Notes: a model not told the origin generated them from the sequence alone. A stretch of DNA of 64,000 nt from Paraspadella gotoi (GCA_051294375.1 CM119270.1:5092152-5156151), one strand, 5' to 3'. Shown: positions 23,952 to 39,092, counted from the first letter of the stretch. A program made the numbers and translations.

Positions 23952-23995
23952 CAAAAAGTAAAGCAAGCAAGCAAGCAAGCAAGCAATCAAGCAAG
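23860..23995. repeat. (GAAA)n/(GCAA)n microsatellite
   Basis: Direct reading. Confidence 0.9.
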
Positions 23996-24964
23996 CCAGC
24001 CGAATAAACCGGACCAAATTCCAATGAGGGGCATTGCCCGCCAAATCTCCTTCGGTTCCACAGCGATTCCATCTGACCGTCTCCAGGAGAAGTTCCGCTC
24101 GACGACGGCAACGGAACTTTGCCTTTGGCCAAAAGGCCAATAGCTATCAATGGCCTCCTGGAAGCCCTCAGAGTTTGTATCAAGAAGTGACCGAAAAAGC
24201 CCCGCAGATTGTGAGGGCAAAAGAGAAGAAAATTTGGTGCAAGCACGTGCTTCCACCTCTTCTTCAATATGGAAATCGCTGAACCATTAAATTGAAAGAC
24301 AATGAAAAAAAAAAGAAAATGTTTGTTAAAAAAAAAATCAGTTCAATAGCCAGAATACTTGAGAAATCATAAAGAACTTTAAGAAACAATTATAAAAAAT
24401 TGGAAATAAAAATACGTTTTAAACTCTAAATAAACAAAATAAAAGCATACAGCTCCTTTTATCTTTAAATAAATAAAGATAAAGATAAAGATAAAGATAA
24501 AGATAAACTGGAGGGCGTGGATATCTCTCAAACTAGGAGTTGGAATCAGCTCAGCTATGAGTAATGGATGCAGGAAGGTTAGTTTGTGTCCCCATTTGAC
24601 GGATTTTTAAAAAAGAGAGGGAAAACATATTGAGTAAAAACAATTTAAACGTTTCCCCTCTTTCCAGCATTTAACAATGCGTAGAACCTTCAGTGCAACC
24701 GCACCCCGAGACATGCCGACAGGACCTACAGCCTGCGCTGCTGACCCGTGACAGCTGCGTCGACGAGCGCAGCGGCGCAGGATTTTACCTTTTCCTTTTA
24801 AGAGGATCGGGGACTTATTATTATTTCTTTGTCCCTCTCTTGGTCAATGACCACAATAGGCCTTTGGCAATCTAAGTGACCATGGAGTTTTTTTTTTTCT
24901 TTTGCCTCGGTCACTGAAAATCTTGGAAAGGAGAAAAGGAAGTTCCATTTTCCTTTCTTTCTTT

Positions 24965-24996
<32 letters not shown>

Positions 24997-25261
24997 NNNN
25001 NNNNNNNNNNNNNNNNNNNNNNNNNNNNNNNNNNNNNNNNNNNNNNNNNNNNNNNNNNNNNNNNNNNNNNNNNNNNNNNNNNNNNNNNNNNNNNNNNNNN
25101 NNNNNNNNNNNNNNNNNNNNNNNNNNNNNNNNNNNNNNNNNNNNNNNNNNNNNNNNCTCTCTCTCTCTCATCCTCATGAATTCCTTTCTCTTTCTTTCTC
25201 CAGAGATTCCCCCCCAGCTCCTCCTTAAATTGACATTTGTTTTTTCTTGTCCCAAGTAAAA

Positions 25262-25262
25262 T

Positions 25263-25332
<70 letters not shown>
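25262..25332. repeat. (TAGA)n microsatellite
   Basis: Direct reading. Confidence 0.95.
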
Positions 25333-25333
<1 letters not shown>

Positions 25334-27434
25334 AAAGATAGATGGACAGACATATGGATTATTCAATTTGGTCATTTTTATGACGCTAACTACGTCGTTT
25401 TAATTTAATAACAAATTTTCTTTTAAAAGTCACTGATCGATAAAATTTCACATAATTAGTTTATTTATACTTAAAAAAACACACAGGACGGAAATAAACA
25501 AACAAAATCTTTGACGCCAATTTCGTAATAATAATAATAATTATGATAATAAAAATATTCCTCTGTAACCATATTTGCAATCGAAGGGGAAATATTTTCA
25601 GGAAATGGCCTTCGTTTTCTTACTTGTTTCTATTTCCCTGCTTTGTGTTTTAAATAGTTGACTTCTCGTGTCCTTACTATTTTCCGAGTCACTTTTCATT
25701 TAAAAAAAAATTTCGACCTTAATTCTTTAATATTTTTTCCTCTGTTTTTATTTTATATTTTCCTCTTCTTTTTTTGGGGGGGGGATTATTTAATTTCACG
25801 CAGCCTTCGTGATTTCCGAGAATTACGCAAATATTCACGCCCGTTTACGATCTCTTCATTCCAAATACTCACTGTGAATTCACTCCCGCACCCCCCTCTC
25901 CCCTTTGCCTGCCCAAACCCGGTCTCCCCCCCGACAGCTTTCTCTCGCTCTCGGTCGCTTAGTTTCGCAACTGGTGAAATTCCCTCGCTGCCAGAAAACG
26001 GAGATTGCGGGCGTTGTTATTTAGAGATCGGGCGTGAAATAACTCCCTCTCACTCATTCTCTCTCTCTCTCTCTCTCNNNNNNNNNNNNNNNNNNNNNNN
26101 NNNNNNNNNNNNNNNNNNNNNNNNNNNNNNNNNNNNNNNAGAGAGAGAGAGAGTTATTTCACGCCCGGGAAGAAGGGTACGATATCTTTTAATTGTGATC
26201 GAGACGAGGAAACAAAAGGGAAGAACTCGGACACCAGAAGGCGAGTGAGTTCTCCTTCACCGCGTGAATCGGTGATTAGATTCACAGTCGAGCGACGCGA
26301 TTCGCTCCGTTGGTTTCGCGGGTGAGGAAAAGTGAGAAACTGTCAAGGAAAAGTGTGAAGACGGAAATCGTTGGCAAAGTTCGGTTGCTTGTGGTAAACG
26401 AGATTTGGTTCAGTCAATTTCCCTAAATGACCTCGCGGTCAAATTTTCGAAACCTTTTTTTTTTCTTCTTTTTCGAACAAAAGATCGAACTTCCAACTTT
26501 CGCTGACTTCGAAATTCGGCGCCGCTTCTTTGTTCTCTCGTCGAGTTTTCAATTTTTGTCGCCGAAAATACAATAGCGGCACCATAAATGGAGCGAGAAA
26601 GGATGGAATTTTAAAAAAGGGGAAAGAGAGACCGGAAATGCGGTTCCATGCCAGTCCATGCCATGCCGCTTCGCTGCCATTCAATTACTTTTTTTTTCGG
26701 CTTTGAGACCGATCGACACTGAGCGCAACAATTACCGATTGAAAAAAAANNNNNNNNNNNNNNNNNNNNNNNNNNNNNNNNNNNNNNNNNNNNNNNNNNN
26801 NNNNNNNNNNNNNNNNNNNNNNNNNNNNNNNNNNNNNNNNNNNNNNNNNNNNNNNNNNNNNNNNNNNNNNNNNNNNNNNNNNNNNNNNNNNNNNNNNNNN
26901 NNNNNNNNNNNNNNNNNNNNNNNNNNNNNNNNNNNNNNNNGTTAAGGAACTGATCCCCACTGAATTATTTGAGCAAAATTTCTGTAAACGTTTCTGGGAT
27001 TTATTAAAATGTTAAAAAATGTTTTAATTATTTTTCGGTTTTGCTTTATTAATCGTAAAACTTCATGTTCAACACTGACTAATCGACGTTGTCGTCGTCG
27101 TCATCGTCGTCGTCTTTCTCATCGTCGTCCTCACGGCCGACGTCTCGATAACGGAGAGAGGGGAGCGAATCATGATTCTATAATCCTCGGCTTCGATTGG
27201 CGTAACGTATTTCGTTATATGATTGGGTTACGTCCTTTAAGATTGCTTGAACTCAGTTAAACGTAGACGCGGGAAAAGAAAAGTTGTTGACGCGTCGTTG
27301 CGCTTTTGTCGTCGTCTGTCAAACGGCTGGAAACGAGATTGAGGAAGAAGAAAATGTGTAGGATTGGCTAATGAGAGGAGGAAGAGGAAGAGGAGGTTAT
27401 GAGGCAGGACGGTGTCAATGAGATAATTGGGTGT

Positions 27435-27479
<45 letters not shown>

Positions 27480-27654
27480 TATCATAAATGAATCGGATGA
27501 AGGGGGGGAAAAGAGAAAGGGAGAGTGATCACTTGTTATGAATGAGGAGCAAAAAAAAATGAGAGAAAGAGAAAGGGAGAGAGAAAGGGAGAGAAAGATT
27601 TAAATCTGACTCGGCTATCCATTCATTGATTTACCATTCCTTTGCTTTCAATTT

Positions 27655-27655
<1 letters not shown>

Positions 27656-27746
<91 letters not shown>
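27656..27746. repeat. (CT)n microsatellite
   Basis: Direct reading. Confidence 0.95.
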
Positions 27747-27749
<3 letters not shown>

Positions 27750-30700
27750 CACCACGGACCCCGGAAGTGAATGGCGTAACTTTTCCCATGGGTCTTTTGT
27801 TTCCTCGTCGCTAGAGAGCGGCGCTTTCGTGGGTTTATGGGGAGAGAGGTCAAGTGGTCACGAGTTCTCGACCTCACCCGCATTCGGCGTCGAGGGAGGA
27901 GCACTTACCTCGGAAGGAAGAAAATGAGGTCATGTGATGTGATGTGAGGGTTCGGCGCCGACTGTGTTATCAACTCTCTCCTCATCTCTCCTCTCTTCTC
28001 TCTCCGCTCTCTGCTCTTCTCTCCTCTCAGCTCGGTCGTCTCTCTCATCGATATTCTACTATACATTACGTGACACCTTGTGAAAATCTATGCCCACAGA
28101 AATTTCTCATTGAACACTGACGTCTTCCGACTATCGAATCCTCCGAATCTCTAGTATTTCCTCCTCGTTTCAATACCGAACTACACCACACAACACCACA
28201 ACCTGCAGATTATCAGTCCTCTAACTCTACTAACGGAAGTTCTCCCGAATACGTAGCTTCACTCCAAGGACAAAAACAGGTTCAACACATCACCAATCTC
28301 TATTCCACAACACATACTAGTTTTTGTTCACTCTTTTTTTGAATTCTTCCTATTTTATTAAGTCATTACTTATACTTCATTACCATAACTAATCTAGAGC
28401 TTTTATGATAGGATTTGAGTTTATTTAAGTCTATATTATTTAAATGTCGTTTCTCAATTCACAACCCAGCATTCATAGATCATTGATATCATGTTAAGCC
28501 TCGTTCGTTTTTGTTACTATGTTTTATTTAATTCTAATAATTCTAATTAAAGTTTCTTATTATGTAATTCCAAGCTAACATTATGGTTCCTTCGATTTCT
28601 AATATAAGTATGCGTCTTTTTGATCGAAGTTATTTCATTATACTAAGATGATTGTGATTGTTTTGGGAGGGTTCGTGTTCTTTTGATTAGTTATCTAGTT
28701 ATATATGCATATTCAGGGAGATTAAATCTTTTCAAAAACATGCGTGGGCATCCTATGTTGCTGGTTCTTCTTTGGTATGAGACCTACTTTCAACCGACAA
28801 AATCGTGACGCTTGTGGGCGGGTTGTGGTTCCTTTACGTACCGTCTTTTTCTGGATCGCCTCAATTAATAACATCCAGTACAATTTGAAATCTTTCCGTT
28901 TGTTGGCGACGATAATTTCTACTCTGCTCTCTCTCCTCTCTTCTCTCTGCCTCTCCTCTCTCTCTCGATATCTCCTCAATTTCTTCTCTCAGTCTCTCAA
29001 TCTTCTCTCTCTCTCTCTCCTGCTCTATCGCGGATTTTCCTGTGAATTCATTTGCATCTTGAAGGCTGAATGTTATACTATTTGGAAGCGAACGAAATCG
29101 TTTCGGCTTTATCGAAATTGTAAAGCAAAAAACCTTCAAAATAAATATAAATTAAAAAAAAAAAAAAAAAATACAAATGAAAAATTGGTAAAGAAGAAAA
29201 AATACATGCTTTGCGGTTTGAACATCTGAAACTATCGAATGGAAGTGAGGTCAACTCGAAAATGCTGGCGATAGACGTGAAAATTATTTGCATTAAATAG
29301 TATACATGTGTATTAGAATACGTAAATTAAAAAGTGAGATGAACATGTAAAATGATGACGTTGCGCGATGAATTAGATTCTAAGGACGAACTGTTCAATG
29401 TTGAAACATAAAATTAAGCTATTTAAAGACGAAAAAGAGATAACTTTGGATTTTAGTTTTCGTCTTTAAAATTCAATTTAACATTTTTTCCAGTTTGATT
29501 CCTGGGCCGAAATCCTGTTGCAAATCACGTTCCCACTCAATTTATTGGGTTATCTTTTCGGAATCGGGCGCGTTAAAAAATTGTATTGTTTCTCGTCTCT
29601 GATACTCTCTTCTGTCTCTCTCTCTCGTCTCTCTCGACCAAGCTTTCTTCGTTGCCGCTCTCTCATCCTTATCTCTTTCTCTCTCTCTGTCAGTCTGTCT
29701 GCTGTCTCTGTCTCTGTCTCTCTCTGCTGAGAGGACCGGTTTCTTCCTTCCCTTTTATTTCTTAATAGTAACGCATAACCAGCAGCGGAGGAGAGAAGGG
29801 CGAGAAAGAGGGCTGAATGAAGCCTGAGTGGAGAGAAAGAAAGAAAGAAAAGAAAGAAAAAAAGAGAAGAAAAGAAAGAAAGAAAGAAGAAAGAAAAGAA
29901 AGAAAGAAAGAAAGAAGAAAGAAAGAAAAGAAAGAAAGAAAGAAAGAGGAAGGAAAGAAAAGAACATAGTAAATCTTAAAAAAAAAAATTAGAAAGACGT
30001 CAAATGAAGAAGACAACGGCCGGAATTCTTTAGCAATAAACCAAGACGGTTATTTAGACAAGACGCAAATATCTGGCAGAAAGATTCCGCTAGCAATTAA
30101 GTTTACGATTTCGTAATTTCGGGTCAAACAAAATCGAGCGCCGTCAAAACAAAAGTTAGCAGCGTCTCAAAGATCTTATAGTATTTTTTTTAACTAGGCG
30201 GACTTGTTAACTAGAATTGACACGCTTGGCGGATGAATAACTGTACGCTAAAGTATAAGAAAGTATAGATATTAGAATAAAAAAATGGCGGAAAAAGAAA
30301 GGCAAAAGATTTTAATTGTTTGAAATATTTTATGGTTCTTCTTTATTTGTTGCGACCCGCTTGTTTTTGAAATTTGTGGATAAAACCCGACAAGCCGACG
30401 CCAGAATTTATCTTTACCGACGCGTTAATGAAAACGACAACCCGCGCGATAAGCGTAAATGGCGCCGGCTAACATAAAAAAAATAACGAGGATCTATGAA
30501 AGAGAACGAATTTGTCAGACGTGAAGACGAACGTCCTTTGGCGTCGATTCGTTCGAAGGGTCAAAGAAAGGAACTGAATTTAATCAGTTAGTAAATAATT
30601 AAAATCTCGGAATTACGAGTCTGACATCGAGCTCAAGAGTCTAGACACTAAAAGAGTTGTCTGTATTCAAGACAAACCTCGTCGGCGTGGGCCGGGAGGG

Positions 30701-32859
30701 GAGGAGGTGAGAGAGATTTACTGAGAAAGAGAAAATATGTCGTTAATTTCGTGCTCAAAGTATATAAATCTGAGGCAGGATGCAGATTTTGTAAGGAATC
30801 GTAATTATGTTGATTTATGTAAGTTATAAAACAGTAAATTGAAATAATCGAGTAATCATATGAATGCTTACTGTATTACGGTGCAGCCAGTCAGAAGTCG
30901 AATAGTGGAGGAAACTGAGACAAAATAATCATCGTCACGTAAAGGTATAAAAAATAAATTACTACACCAATTAATAAGTACAATAAATAAATAAAGTAAA
31001 TTGGATAAATAAATATGAATAATTGAACTTTATATTAATTAAAATACAATGGAAGAATCTCAATGTGTTCAGCACTAATTATAACTAAATGACTTTAGGA
31101 AAGAGCGACACACGCTCTGACTTTATTCTTGAGTAATATACTCCTATCTAGCTTGTCATCATAACACGTCAGCGTCGTCCTCTTACAGCTTGGAAGAGAA
31201 GAAGAAAGAACATTGAAGATTGACTGGAGCCTCGTACGGGTTGCTCCGTTGCGGCACGAAAGAATGTCTTAGGATGATAAAGAAATACTATGATAAACAG
31301 ATGGTGATAGAAATCCGTCGTGTGACCCGCCAATGTTGGGTGGTGTATAATGACGAATTGTAGCTTTGTTTGAGACCAGAATTGGTGGTTTATTAATCTT
31401 TTGTTTGGAAGGGCGAGTATGGAGCAAAACTGGTCGATAATAACAAATAAGGAAAAAATATCGTAAAATGAGGGGAGGGTGTGACGGTCGCACAAGGGAA
31501 TCCAGGCCTCTTTTGAGGTCTCGATCTCGCGAAAAACGAAAGTATTCTGCTGACCACATTTATCGACTTAGATTCGCTCGATTAGAATTGATCTGATTGG
31601 TTTAATTTGATCAGTTGCTATTAAAGATGTATCAGTAGACGTATATAATGTCTTTTTCGAGTTAAGAATTGGCTATAAGCATACCGTTCTTGAATATAAT
31701 ATGTCTGCGAGTACAAGGAGCATTCAGGTTGTAAATATTGAATTCGCTGGCAGTTTTTGGCTGTTTTCTATTAATGTGCGGAATGATTAAGTTCTCGCTT
31801 TAATCATGGTTAAGCTTGTTGCATCAAGATACCGATTTTGTTCGCCTCTTTCGCTATTGAAGGAGTATATATGTCAAATCTCAGAGTATTCACAGTTAAT
31901 TGGTTGGTTCCTCATTGGACATAGATGTCAGGAGAGTTGGTGGTTGAATTCTGAGGTTGTTCCGTCGGTAGACGTATTGTTACATATTCATTCGCTTATG
32001 GTAGAGTTAGTTTATCTGAGCCACATGTGGAGGTCAAGTCTGGTATATATTAGCAGATTATTTACTTCACTTACGCGATCTATACGCCAGATCTAAAGAT
32101 TCAGACCAAGTCGAAGAAGATGCCGAGAGTCCTAGTTCTAAGACGCAGGGTTCAAGTTCTAAGAGACATAAGCTGACTTATAATTATCGGTCAGTCCTCT
32201 TTCTTTCGCCTCTATACTTTCGATCGCCTGATCATATTATTATCTTTACATTAGAACCCTGATGCACGTATTGCTTACCGTTTTAGGCCGGACGGGTGTG
32301 ATACGCTCCTCATTTCTCCTTAACTCGTCAGAAGGCCGTCTCGGCGCTAGCTATTTGTGGTTTGTGTATATCAGGGCACTTTGAAAGAGTGTTCTCTCCT
32401 CTCTCGCTCCCTCTTTCAGGTGGGAAGTTCTGCAGTACTTCTGGCTCCGCTCGTTCTCTGCAAGTTCGGGCAGGCACCTGCGCTTTTTCCACGTAACAAG
32501 AACCGGATCGTTCCTCAGGTTCTCTCCTTCTCTCGCTCGGCCTCATGCTATCCGTCTATGTCGAGTCCCGGGAAAAAACGATCGCTGCTACACGGTCCAT
32601 GAGGTCCGGGTAAATACGTCAATCAGCGATTCATTACACTGCGTCGATTCCTACACACCAGTATACCTACACTTAGCTGTTGATTGCGTTTGTTTCTTTC
32701 TTACCCTCACGTGGTAATCGATTCTTGTCTGTTTTGTTGTCGTTGTTATACATATCATTATCTCATTTCGTTCGAACAGACAACCCTGAACAATTAGATG
32801 CAGTTCTTGTTTTTTCATCCGCAATAAAGAATTAAAGGTTAGCCAGATTGGCCAAACGG

Positions 32860-33320
32860 GAGGAGAGAAAAAGGGAGGAGAGAGTGTATTGAAGGAGGAG
32901 AGGAGGATGTGAGGAGAAAATGTGAAGAGCGAAAATGAGGAGGAAGTGAGGAGGAAAGTGCGGAGGAAGAGAGGAGGAAAGTGAGGAGGAAGTGAGGAGG
33001 AAAGTGAGGAGGACAAGATGAGAAGGAAAGTAAGTAGGAAAGTTGAGGAGGGAAAAGTGAGGAGGAAAGTGAGGAGCGAAAGTGAGGAGGAAAGTGAAGG
33101 AGGTGAAGATGAGGAGGAAAGTGAGGAGGAAAGTCAGGAAGGAAGAAAGTGAGGAAGGAAATGAGGAGGAAAGTGAGGAGAAAAGTGAGGAAGAAAAGTA
33201 GAGGAAGAAATGTGAGGAGGGAACAATGAGGAGAAGTGAGGAGGAAAGTGAGGAGGAAAGTGAGGAAGAATGTGAGGAGGAAAGTTGAAAGAACAGTGAA
33301 GAGGAAAGTGAAGGAGAAAA
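32860..33320. repeat. 12-bp minisatellite (GAGGAAAGTGAG)n
   Basis: Degenerate tandem array; mirror copy (CTCACTTTCCTC)n at 61260-61640. Confidence 0.85.
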
Positions 33321-34523
33321 TGAGAAGAGACAAGAGAGATAAAGGACATCTAAGAACAATCGCGCGCTCTTTGTAAGATTGCGGCGTGTTCTATTCGCAG
33401 ACCGTAACAAAGTGGGGCGAGAAAAGCTGCCTCGTTCTGTCTCTTTCTGCTCTCTCTCTCTTATCGATATATTATCGTTCCTCTCTTCTCTCTAACCCAC
33501 GTCTCTCGCTCCTCTCTTCTCTCTCTCTCTTTCTCTCTTCTTTCTCTTCATCTCTCTCTTCTGCGTCTCTCTCTCTCCGATTGAAGGGCGAAGCGTGTTA
33601 GATGAGGAAGAATGTCAAAATCCTTTTCGACATAAACATTTCAAAACATTTTTAAACGATCTTGCGAGCAGGTGAAAATTATTGGATAAACATTTTAACT
33701 AATGTCTGCGCCTGAAGGGCTGAAGAATGTTAAAAGATATTAGTTTGAAATCCATGAAAAAAAACTTGTTCCCGCCCTGCTACGTGGACGGGAAAAAAAT
33801 GTAGAAAATTCTTTTATTGACTTTTACTTATTGTTTTTTGTTGTTTTTTTTTGACAGATTAATTTGGACAGACAGGTTTGTTCAGTCAAAATTTTCAAGC
33901 ATTGATTTTTTTTATTTTCTAAAATATTTTAATATATTTTCATATTTTATCATGCTTAGAGTAATTGCCATAATATTGTTATCATTCGTTTGATTATTCA
34001 ACTTGTTTCGTATTTGTTAACATTTTTTTTTACATTTTATTCTTAGGCTTCTGTGTCCATTTTCTCTGTCTTTTCTTTCCTTTCAGCGTTTTAACTCATT
34101 GGTCTTCTCTGAACTCAGAATTGTTTTTTCGCAAGATTTACACTTTTACTTTTTCTTTTTCTTTATTTTTTTTGCCTTAGTTTAGCTTAGTAACTTAGTT
34201 AAACTTAGTACACTTACGTAACCTAGTACTTAGTATTGTTATTAAAATGTATCATTGAATTTCGCTTGGATTGTTTTTTTTTCTTAAATTTTATTAATAA
34301 ATTGCTTACAATTAAGTTAAGCGTTTTTGCGTTAGAATACAATGTTATCGAATTCCAATGCGCAGAGACCTTTTTTTACGGTTTGACAAAAAAAAAATAT
34401 CTTTTTTTTGTAGAGGGAATAATTAGATTTATTTTTTTTATTGGTTTCGCTCGAAAGATAGAAAGAAAATACGTGTTGTTTTATTCAAAAAAGCGGATTT
34501 TGAGAGAGAGAGAGAGAGAGAGA

Positions 34524-34554
<31 letters not shown>

Positions 34555-37500
34555 AGAGAGAGAAGAGAGAATGAGAGAGAGAGAGAGAGAGGAGAGGCTC
34601 AAACCTTCGCTTCATTTCCATAATTAGGATTCTTTTCCTTTCTGTATAATCTTCTTATTTTTCGTTTTGTAATTTGCTTTTTCTCTTCACTATGGTTCTT
34701 TTGTTCAATAAACAGCAAGAAAGGAACGCGAACATTTGCTCCAGAATTAAGATCGCAGTCGGACACCAATAAGCTTCATCAAGTTTGTAGTTGTAGTTGT
34801 GACTTGTATCTATTTTAGGATTTACCATTTCCAATGCGATGATGTTTGAATTAATAGTAGTTAAATGACGTTTTAAAGTGCTCGTATATATGGTAATAAG
34901 TAACCGACGTAGATAATCTTCTTCGCTTACCTTCCCAAGATTCAATTATTTTTTCTCATTCTAATAAATTCATTAATCATCCTCAGGCTGATGGATGTTC
35001 ATACAAGGTCAAAAAAATGAAAACAAGATTTCGTCAAAAAAGATCTAATCAACAAAGTAAAAAAGTAAAGAGGAAGCGAGAAACAAAAATAATTGAATTT
35101 ATCGATTTACGTTTTCTCACGAATGTAACCGCAGTGATATGTTTAGGAGGTTGTGTTCCGGTCTTTAAAATTAGGAAAGGCCAGTCGTTAGTCTCGACAT
35201 TATTATTTAAATTTGAGTAGGTTGTTTATGAAATCCGTATGCTATGTTATTGTATTTTCAGTTATTATTGATTTTTTGCGAATGAGTGGAGAGTTGAGAG
35301 GCGCGACAGGGGTAAAAAAGAGCATTGAGGTGGAGTAGAAGAGAAAGAGAACGAGTAAAAATGAAAAACAAAAACAAAACAAAAAAAGAAAACAAAACCT
35401 ATTAGGAAGCTGATCAAAGAAAAGTAATAACAAGAAAAGGAACAAATTGTAAAATACAAAAACAGAAAACTGGGAGAGAAAAAAAACAAGAAAAAAGTTC
35501 AACTTCTATTCTTTTGTATGATAAACTATGATTAAATCAATGAGAAAGTTTAATAAACGTATGAAAACAACTAAAACTGTACGCATTCTTTCTCTTCTCA
35601 ATAAAAAACATCAAGAAATCCACTAAACTGCGCGACGCCCAAAACTAAATAGCTTTTTCGATCTCTGGGTGAGGAATGAAACCTCTCTTCTTATGCTCTC
35701 TCTCTCGACTGCCTCTGCTGCTCTCTTCTCTCATTCTCATCTTTCTCTCATCTCTCCTCTCTCTATTCTCTCTGCTTCTCTTCGTCTCTCTCCGTCTTCT
35801 CTCTCTCTCTCTCCTCGGCTCATCCTTCGATCTTCCGTCATCTCTCTGCTAGCAATTTCCAGATTTTCTGGCGCATGAATTATCTCACATCCAAAGTGGG
35901 TGCTATATATCGGTTATTTCCCTCCTCTCTCTCTATCTCTCTTCTTTCTGCTTTCTCTCTCTCTCCATCTCTCCACCCTCAAAAGTGGAGGCATATCTAT
36001 TTCTTTCTTTCATTCTCCCCCTTCCCCTCTTTCAATTACGTCCCCGAGGGAAATTCTCTTCTCTCTCTCTGCACTCGCGACCGCTCCCCTAACTGTTTTC
36101 CTGTTCCCTTCCTTTTTTTTCCTTTCTTTTCTCTCCTTTTCCTTATTTTCCCGACCTTGCATCTTTTTAATTTTTTATTTTCACCTCTCGCTCATCTCTT
36201 TAAACGCTTCTAATTCTCAGTTTTGATTTTTATGCCCCACTTTTCCACTATTCACTCCTGCCATTCCCACTGCCCCTTATTCGCCTAATCCCTATTGTTT
36301 CATTTCCACCGCATTCCACTAAGTCCCATGTCTCATTTCCGCATTTCTCCACTCCTTCCCCACACTATCCGACACTCATGTTATATCTCGATCCCTCACT
36401 TTGTCTCTCACTTGCTCTCTCTCTGCCTCTCTTCTGCGTCTGCATCTCTCATCTTCTGCTCTGCTCTCTCTCTCGTCGACGCGCTGGTGTTGTCAACGGA
36501 AGAGTCGGATTTCTGTCCAGAGCTGAGGAGCAGGGGATGAAGAAAGAAGGGTTGAGAAGAACGAAAATATGAAAGGAACTTGAAAGAGGATGAGAAATGA
36601 GGTGGATGAGAAGATCAGGGAGAGGTAAGAAAGGGTTGAAAATATGAAGAATATAACGATTTAGAGGAGAGAAAAGAGTGAAAAAGAAGAGGGTTGAGGA
36701 GATGGATGAAAAGATGAATAAATCGAAAAAGATGAGAAAAAAACATTATTAAATAGATAATATAATAATAAGTTGAAACGGAAAGTATACAAAATAAAGA
36801 AATTCAAGGCGGCCGAAAATTTATACTGAAGAAGAGAATCGAAGGGAAATTGATGGGATCAGATCTAGAAAAAAAAGGGTTCTTTTTTTTCTGTTTATTT
36901 AGTCTTTGTGAGTCGCCTACAGTGTGAAATTTCGTCTATAACAGAAAGTCAGAGGTATCTCATGAATTATTACCGTGGTCATAGACATTCAAAAAAGCGG
37001 CAAGCATATATAATAGCATGAACTTTACTATGTCTCCCTGTATCCATTTCCGAAAAAAGCTTAATAGGCAGAATTAAAAGGCTCCTGTCGTCCAATACTC
37101 CAGGCTCCAGACAGACCGCACGAACGCCTCATAAATAATCCCTTCAGTCTTCAAAGTTCACCCTGACTCACTCCCATGTATCCCGTTTGTCGGTCGTGTC
37201 GGAATCGTGCGTCGATGCTGAAGAAAAAATAAGTAAAACGTAGTCAAAGAGAAACAAACAGCTGCGGCCGGGTCCGACTATCGTTTATATAAATCTCTCT
37301 GCTCTCTCCCTCTTCTCTCTCTCTCTCTCTCCTTCTCTCTTCTCCGTCTCTCTCTCTCTTCTCTCTCTCTCTAACGACGATGACGTCTGCTTCCAAACGT
37401 TTTCTAACTGCTTCACTTGTGACTAACCCATCACAAAACTATTTTAAAATATGTTTTAAAATTTTTTTTATTTTAAAAAAAATGTTAATAAAATAAAGGG

Positions 37501-38715
37501 AAGGACATTAAAAGTCTCAAACTTTTCATGAAATAAACTTTCTACTATGAGTCCAAGTATTATGAAAGTCCACATTCAACTCATCGATTAGACCAAGACG
37601 ACGACGGACGACGACGACGAGACGACATCTAACGAGGAAATTAAGAACAACAACCTCGATCCTTTTCCGCCTCCAGATGGTAATTATTTTTTTCTTTGCG
37701 GCTTTGCGAAATTTCAAAGAAAATAAAAAAACGAAATCGGAACGCGGAAGCTCTTGGCTTTCTAATCTCCTCTCGGGAGGCGGAGGCGGGGAGGGTTTGT
37801 GGGGGAAAATGCCCGATGACGGAGGGCAGGGTGGAGGAAATGCGCTGAGAACGGCGTTGGCCTCGCGGCGACATGGTAAAAAGTGGTATCGAGAAATTGC
37901 GAAATATAATACATTTCTAATTTAAAACGGTCGGACCGACTATTCTGAACAGAAAGTATATTAGCAAAGGCCCGTTTTTTTTAGCTGTCGTTTTTTTTTG
38001 TCGATGCGGCGCAGCATCTGTTTAGGATGTTTTTGTTTGTGGTCAGTTGATGGATTGATTTTCCCGTTGATTTGTTTGTCATTGGTCTAATGCATCTCAT
38101 TAGAACGAGTCATGGTAAAAGTAAACAGAAATTAACAATGGGCCGCTGGGATACGTTTAAGAAAATTAAAATATAGTATATATGCCTATAGAATATGCTA
38201 AAAATAATTGTACGAATTTGATGTTATACAATAGACGTACATTAAAAAATCAAACATAAATTATGTGATTAAATTGAATACATGCCTTCTTAATATTAAC
38301 AAATCCCCAAAAAGAGTATCATTGTTTCCTTTGACTGCTTCGATTTTCCTTTGATAAAGATCGCCCTCCGTTTCAGAAAAATAATTAAGTAATTTATGAG
38401 TAGTAAAAGCTAAATATTTAAAAAAATGAAGACGAATTTTAAACCAAGACATTCGCAAAGGCTTTTTTAAATTGTTTGGTTTTCTCTCTATCGTCTCTGC
38501 TCTCTGCTTTTTATGCCTCGCCAATTAGCACTATCTCAACTGGTCTATTTTGCTGTCTCTCTCTGTCTCCTCTCGGACTCTCTCGTCTCTCTCTCTCTTG
38601 CTCTCTCTCGTGCGAGCAGTTTGGGTGGTTTAATGTCTTCTCTCCTAGCACGACAGCTTGACTTCTTCGTCCTTCAAGCGAGACGAGTGCGTAGTCGGGC
38701 ATTTTGCCTTAGGTT

Positions 38716-38910
38716 CCGCCGGTGGCTCATTGAGTAAAGCCATCAGCTCAAGGACCACTGTGTACAGGGTTCAATCCCAAACCCGCTACTACCCTGCAGG
38801 AAGCGTGAGGCGGCGTGCCGCCTTGCGGGCGTGACAAACCCTCAAATCGCTCTTTCCAAGACCAGGACCCGGATTCAATGGCTACTAGCGGGGGGTTATT
38901 GAAGTTTGGA
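38716..38910 (+). mobile_element. tRNA-derived SINE-like element (Pol III type-2 promoter head plus GC-rich body)
   Basis: A-box-like GGTGGCTCATTGAG at 38721 and B-box GGGTTCAATCCC at ~38767, with no closed acceptor or anticodon stem. Body hairpin GAGGCGGC-gt-GCCGCCTT. Mirror copy at ~43695-43890 (-). Confidence 0.5.
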
Positions 38911-39092
38911 TAGTCATTTTGCCCAGGCCGCACTTGACGCTCAGACGCCTTATTCCACAAAGTGGTTCCAGACCCAATCGAAAATATCTGCGTCTCTGCT
39001 CCTTTTATCTCTCTGCAGTCTTTCCTCTGGTAAATGCTTTCGAGCATGGAAGGCTATTCTTTCTCAGGTTTATTAGCAAAAATTGGGGGCCA

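Noticed and set aside
24034-24282. 82-aa plus-strand ORF of moderate complexity
   Set aside because: Non-ATG start, no recognisable motif and no convincing splice partner.
27755-27960. ETS-like CCGGAAGTG plus AATGGCG motif and a minus-strand donor (GAG|gtaagtg at ~27909)
   Set aside because: Promoter- or first-exon-like, but no downstream exons could be linked, so it is not supportable as a feature.
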